Source: Selaginella moellendorffii (lineage: Eukaryota; Plantae; Lycopodiophyta). Taken from it: DNA of 64,000 nucleotides. How positions within the stretch are numbered: the stretch's first letter is position 1; the number at the start of each line of letters is the position of its first letter. The stretch covers positions 1,631,374 through 1,695,373 of the forward strand of contig NW_003314282.1 of the NCBI RefSeq assembly GCF_000143415.4. Direction: 5' to 3'. The translations under genes were made by a program, and so were the position numbers. Shown piece by piece: positions 61,427-64,000 of this stretch. The notes below the pieces were generated by a model. It was not told the origin of the DNA. It saw nothing but the letters and a program-made list of their open reading frames with translations, and searched no databases.

Positions 61427-62100
61427 ACTTGGCACCTCGTCTCAACTCTTCCCAAATTCAAATTCATGGTTGGATTGTGACTTCATCCTATTATAGCATT
61501 TGAGGCATTTTCTGATGCTATCGACACTTCACCTAGCCACCAAATCTTTATCAACAACAAACAACAACTTCTTTAGCACTTTGGAGACAGTTTCTACCAT
61601 CCCAAGAAGGTTCCTATCCTTCTAGGTAGCAATTGAGCCTGATTCTTTTTGCAATGACACTATTCACCACCTCGGGCATTCTCGGTGCAATCCAACACTT
61701 GGATTCTCTTTCAATGACACTATTTGCCACCTCAAGCATTCTTGATGCAATCCAATACTTGAGACTTGGCACCTCGTCTCAACTCTTCCCAGACTTAAAT
61801 TCATGGCTGGATTGTGACTTCATCCTACTATAGCACTCTAGGCATTCTCCCGATGCTGTCGACACTTTACGCAGCCACTAGATCTTTATCAACAATAAAC
61901 AACGACTTCTTCAACACTCTAGAGGTATTTTCTACCATCCCAAGAAGGCTCCCATCCTTCTAGGCAGTAGTTGAACCTAGGATTCTCTTGCAATGACACT
62001 ATTTGCCACCTCAAGCATTCTTGATGCAATCTAGCACTTGGATTCTCTTCCAATGACATTATTGCCACCTTAGGCATTCTTGATGTGATCCAGCACTTGA
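61427..62100. repeat. Higher-order tandem repeat: two ~337-bp units, each ending in two ~60-bp subunits
   Basis: ACTTGGCACCTCGTCTCAACTCTTCCCA at 61427 and 61764. GATTCT...CAATGACACTATT..CCACCT...GCAATC units at 61641, 61702, 61981 and 62041. Confidence 0.85.
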
Positions 62101-62204
62101 GGGTGACTCAGCCAGTTTTAGAGGCATTTCAGGCCTTCTATTGCATCCTCTTGGCATTCCAGTACTATTTAACCCAGTTGGAGGTAAATTGGATTTGCGA
62201 GATG

Positions 62205-62382
62205 TCAAAGTTTTTGAATTTAGACTTCCAAGGAGGTTAAACAGCCCAATATTACTCAAACCTAATTGTCTCAAAACCTTAACTGATTGGAAAAGAGGGT
62301 GCACTCTTATTCATATGCTTTTTCCCTTTATATTTGAACCCTTATAAATTATCTTTTTAATCATTCTCTTTGGTTGTTTACA
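62205..62382 (-). mobile_element. Degenerate Cassandra-type single LTR
   Basis: Reverse complement reads TGTAAACAACCAAAGAGAATGATT...GGGTTCAAATATAAAGGG...GAATAAGAGTGCACCC...CCTCCTTGGAAGTCT. Confidence 0.75.
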
Positions 62383-62399
62383 TTATCATTATCACCGAT

Positions 62400-63400
62400 C
62401 ATAGAAATTACTTCCATAACTCTCTCTTTCGGTAGTGAAATCTTTCCATTTTCACTCATTTTTCTACTTTCTTTCTTTTTTCTTGCTTTTCTTTTTTCTC
62501 TCATTCTTTTTCCATCTTTCTTTAGACTAGAAAGCAAGTTTTTTTCTATGGTAATGACACTTTGGCTGCATTACTAATTGTATAAAGACTCCTCAACTCT
62601 TGTTGGTTTGTGCTCTAATTCTTTGGTTTCTTTCCTTACATCAGTTCCATCCTCACATTCCCATCATCACTTTACATCATCCACACTCTAAAATTCAATT
62701 CCACACACTCACACCATTGTTGCCTAGCTCTCACTACACATACCTAATCATCTTTTTCACATTTTCCACCATTCATCATCCATTCATATTAGACATTTGG
62801 GAATAACACTTCATCACAAAGGCTCTTCCAGAATAGTAGCAAAAGAAATCAAGACATTCTCATGCACAACATACAAGATATTTAATGGACCAATCACATG
62901 CCACAACTTTCTTCTCTTTGGAGCTGCCTTAACTGCAGTGGACATCTAAGTGCTTTCAGAGGTGTGGAAAACAAAGTCAACACCCTTTTCTTCCAACTCA
63001 AATCACAGGTGAAATAATTTACCACCTTTCAAATAGTGGTCTATCAATTTTTGTGAGAGTAGTAGCTGCAACTTCACATTTCACTACATCATATCAAAGC
63101 CCATCCTTGGACATACTCACTCATATCATCCATCCACCAAGATCCTTTATCATCACTCTCTTCTATTACAATTTATCCCACACCTCATAGTTACCACCAC
63201 TAGGCAACACATTCCTTATGTTTTCTTCTCCATTCTCAGCCAAATTTTTTAGTATGGACTACATGAGCTTGAAGCTGCATTAGCATATTCACTTCTAGAG
63301 CATGGAAGCCAAGTTTGAGCTTGTTCCCATTTAGTTTTCTTACTTTTTCTCCTTATTTTTTTTTCCACTTTTCCCACTTTCTTAAGTTTTTAGTTCATCT
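62400..63400 (+). mobile_element. Tat-like 3' non-coding region, homologous to 44770-45960 (reverse complement)
   Basis: Shared blocks, e.g. cagcca...gaagctgcattagcatattcact versus cagcca...gaggctgcatttgcatattacact, and cattcatcatccattcatatt versus cattctttcaccatcattcacatct. Confidence 0.55.
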
Positions 63401-64000
63401 ACATAGTTTCCCACTAGGTTTTCTTTGCATCCTTGAACTTTAAACTCCTCTCCTATCTTTTACTTTCATTCTTTCTTTTTTTTTAACTCTCATTTTCAAC
63501 TTTCTTTCTCTTGTTTTCTTTGCCATTTCTCTTTGTTTTAACAGTTACCCTCTCTAGACACTACATTCTAGCATATGGGAGCATCTCAATTATGGGTTCT
63601 TGTGTGCTAGAGTTTTGTGCATACCACTAGTGGTTGCCTGTTGCAGAGCTAGCTCATTGTTGCCTTCTCCTCACATCACGGCTTAGATTTTAGCTTAAAA
63701 GAGCACAAAAAATATTTGATACCCTTGGAATATTCTTTCATATTTGTATATAAGCCCATAAGAAACTTTTCCTCCCCATTTTCTCTTGTGCTTGAGTTTG
63801 GAGTTGTGAGTTTGCAAGTGTGTATGTGAGGGATGGATCCACAGTTTGGGCTGAGAGATGCCTCAACAAAGAAAAGCCATACAATCTAAATAAAGGAGAT
63901 AAAAGTATAAAATAAAATAAAATAGAAAAGAAATGAAGAAAAAGAAAAGGAAAGATCTCACCACTGTGCAAGTTTAAGATGGTGATGGTTGTGAGCATAT

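Noticed and set aside
61641-62100. CRISPR-like repeat array
   Set aside because: Contiguous degenerate tandem units with no unique spacers, in a eukaryotic context.

Overview
Plant nuclear DNA with two assembly gaps (about 26049-26874 and 41861-42823). A lycophyte such as Selaginella is likely; this is inferred from the ~50-bp introns, the WW-type DYW domain and a Tat element with aRH upstream of RT. Most of the window is nested retrotransposon debris. It includes decayed Ty3/gypsy elements, a Tat-type element with an extra RNase H, a probable LINE remnant, a copia-like mini element and a PIF/Harbinger transposase. A non-coding 7.3-kb LTR element with apparently identical LTRs sits inside an older copy of itself. 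There is also a 594-bp TRIM whose LTRs carry a 5S rRNA internal-promoter segment (Cassandra type). Host sequences are a truncated RRP5 pseudogene and one intact intronless gene (16153-19191). That gene encodes a PLS-E-DYW(WW) PPR RNA-editing factor with an N-terminal OSB-type PDF (ssDNA-binding) motif and about 4.5 near-identical 333-bp repeat modules that differ at specificity-determining positions. The PDF-PPR-DYW fusion and the Cassandra TRIM with a candidate autonomous partner are the most notable observations. All calls were made by eye; no database searches were run.
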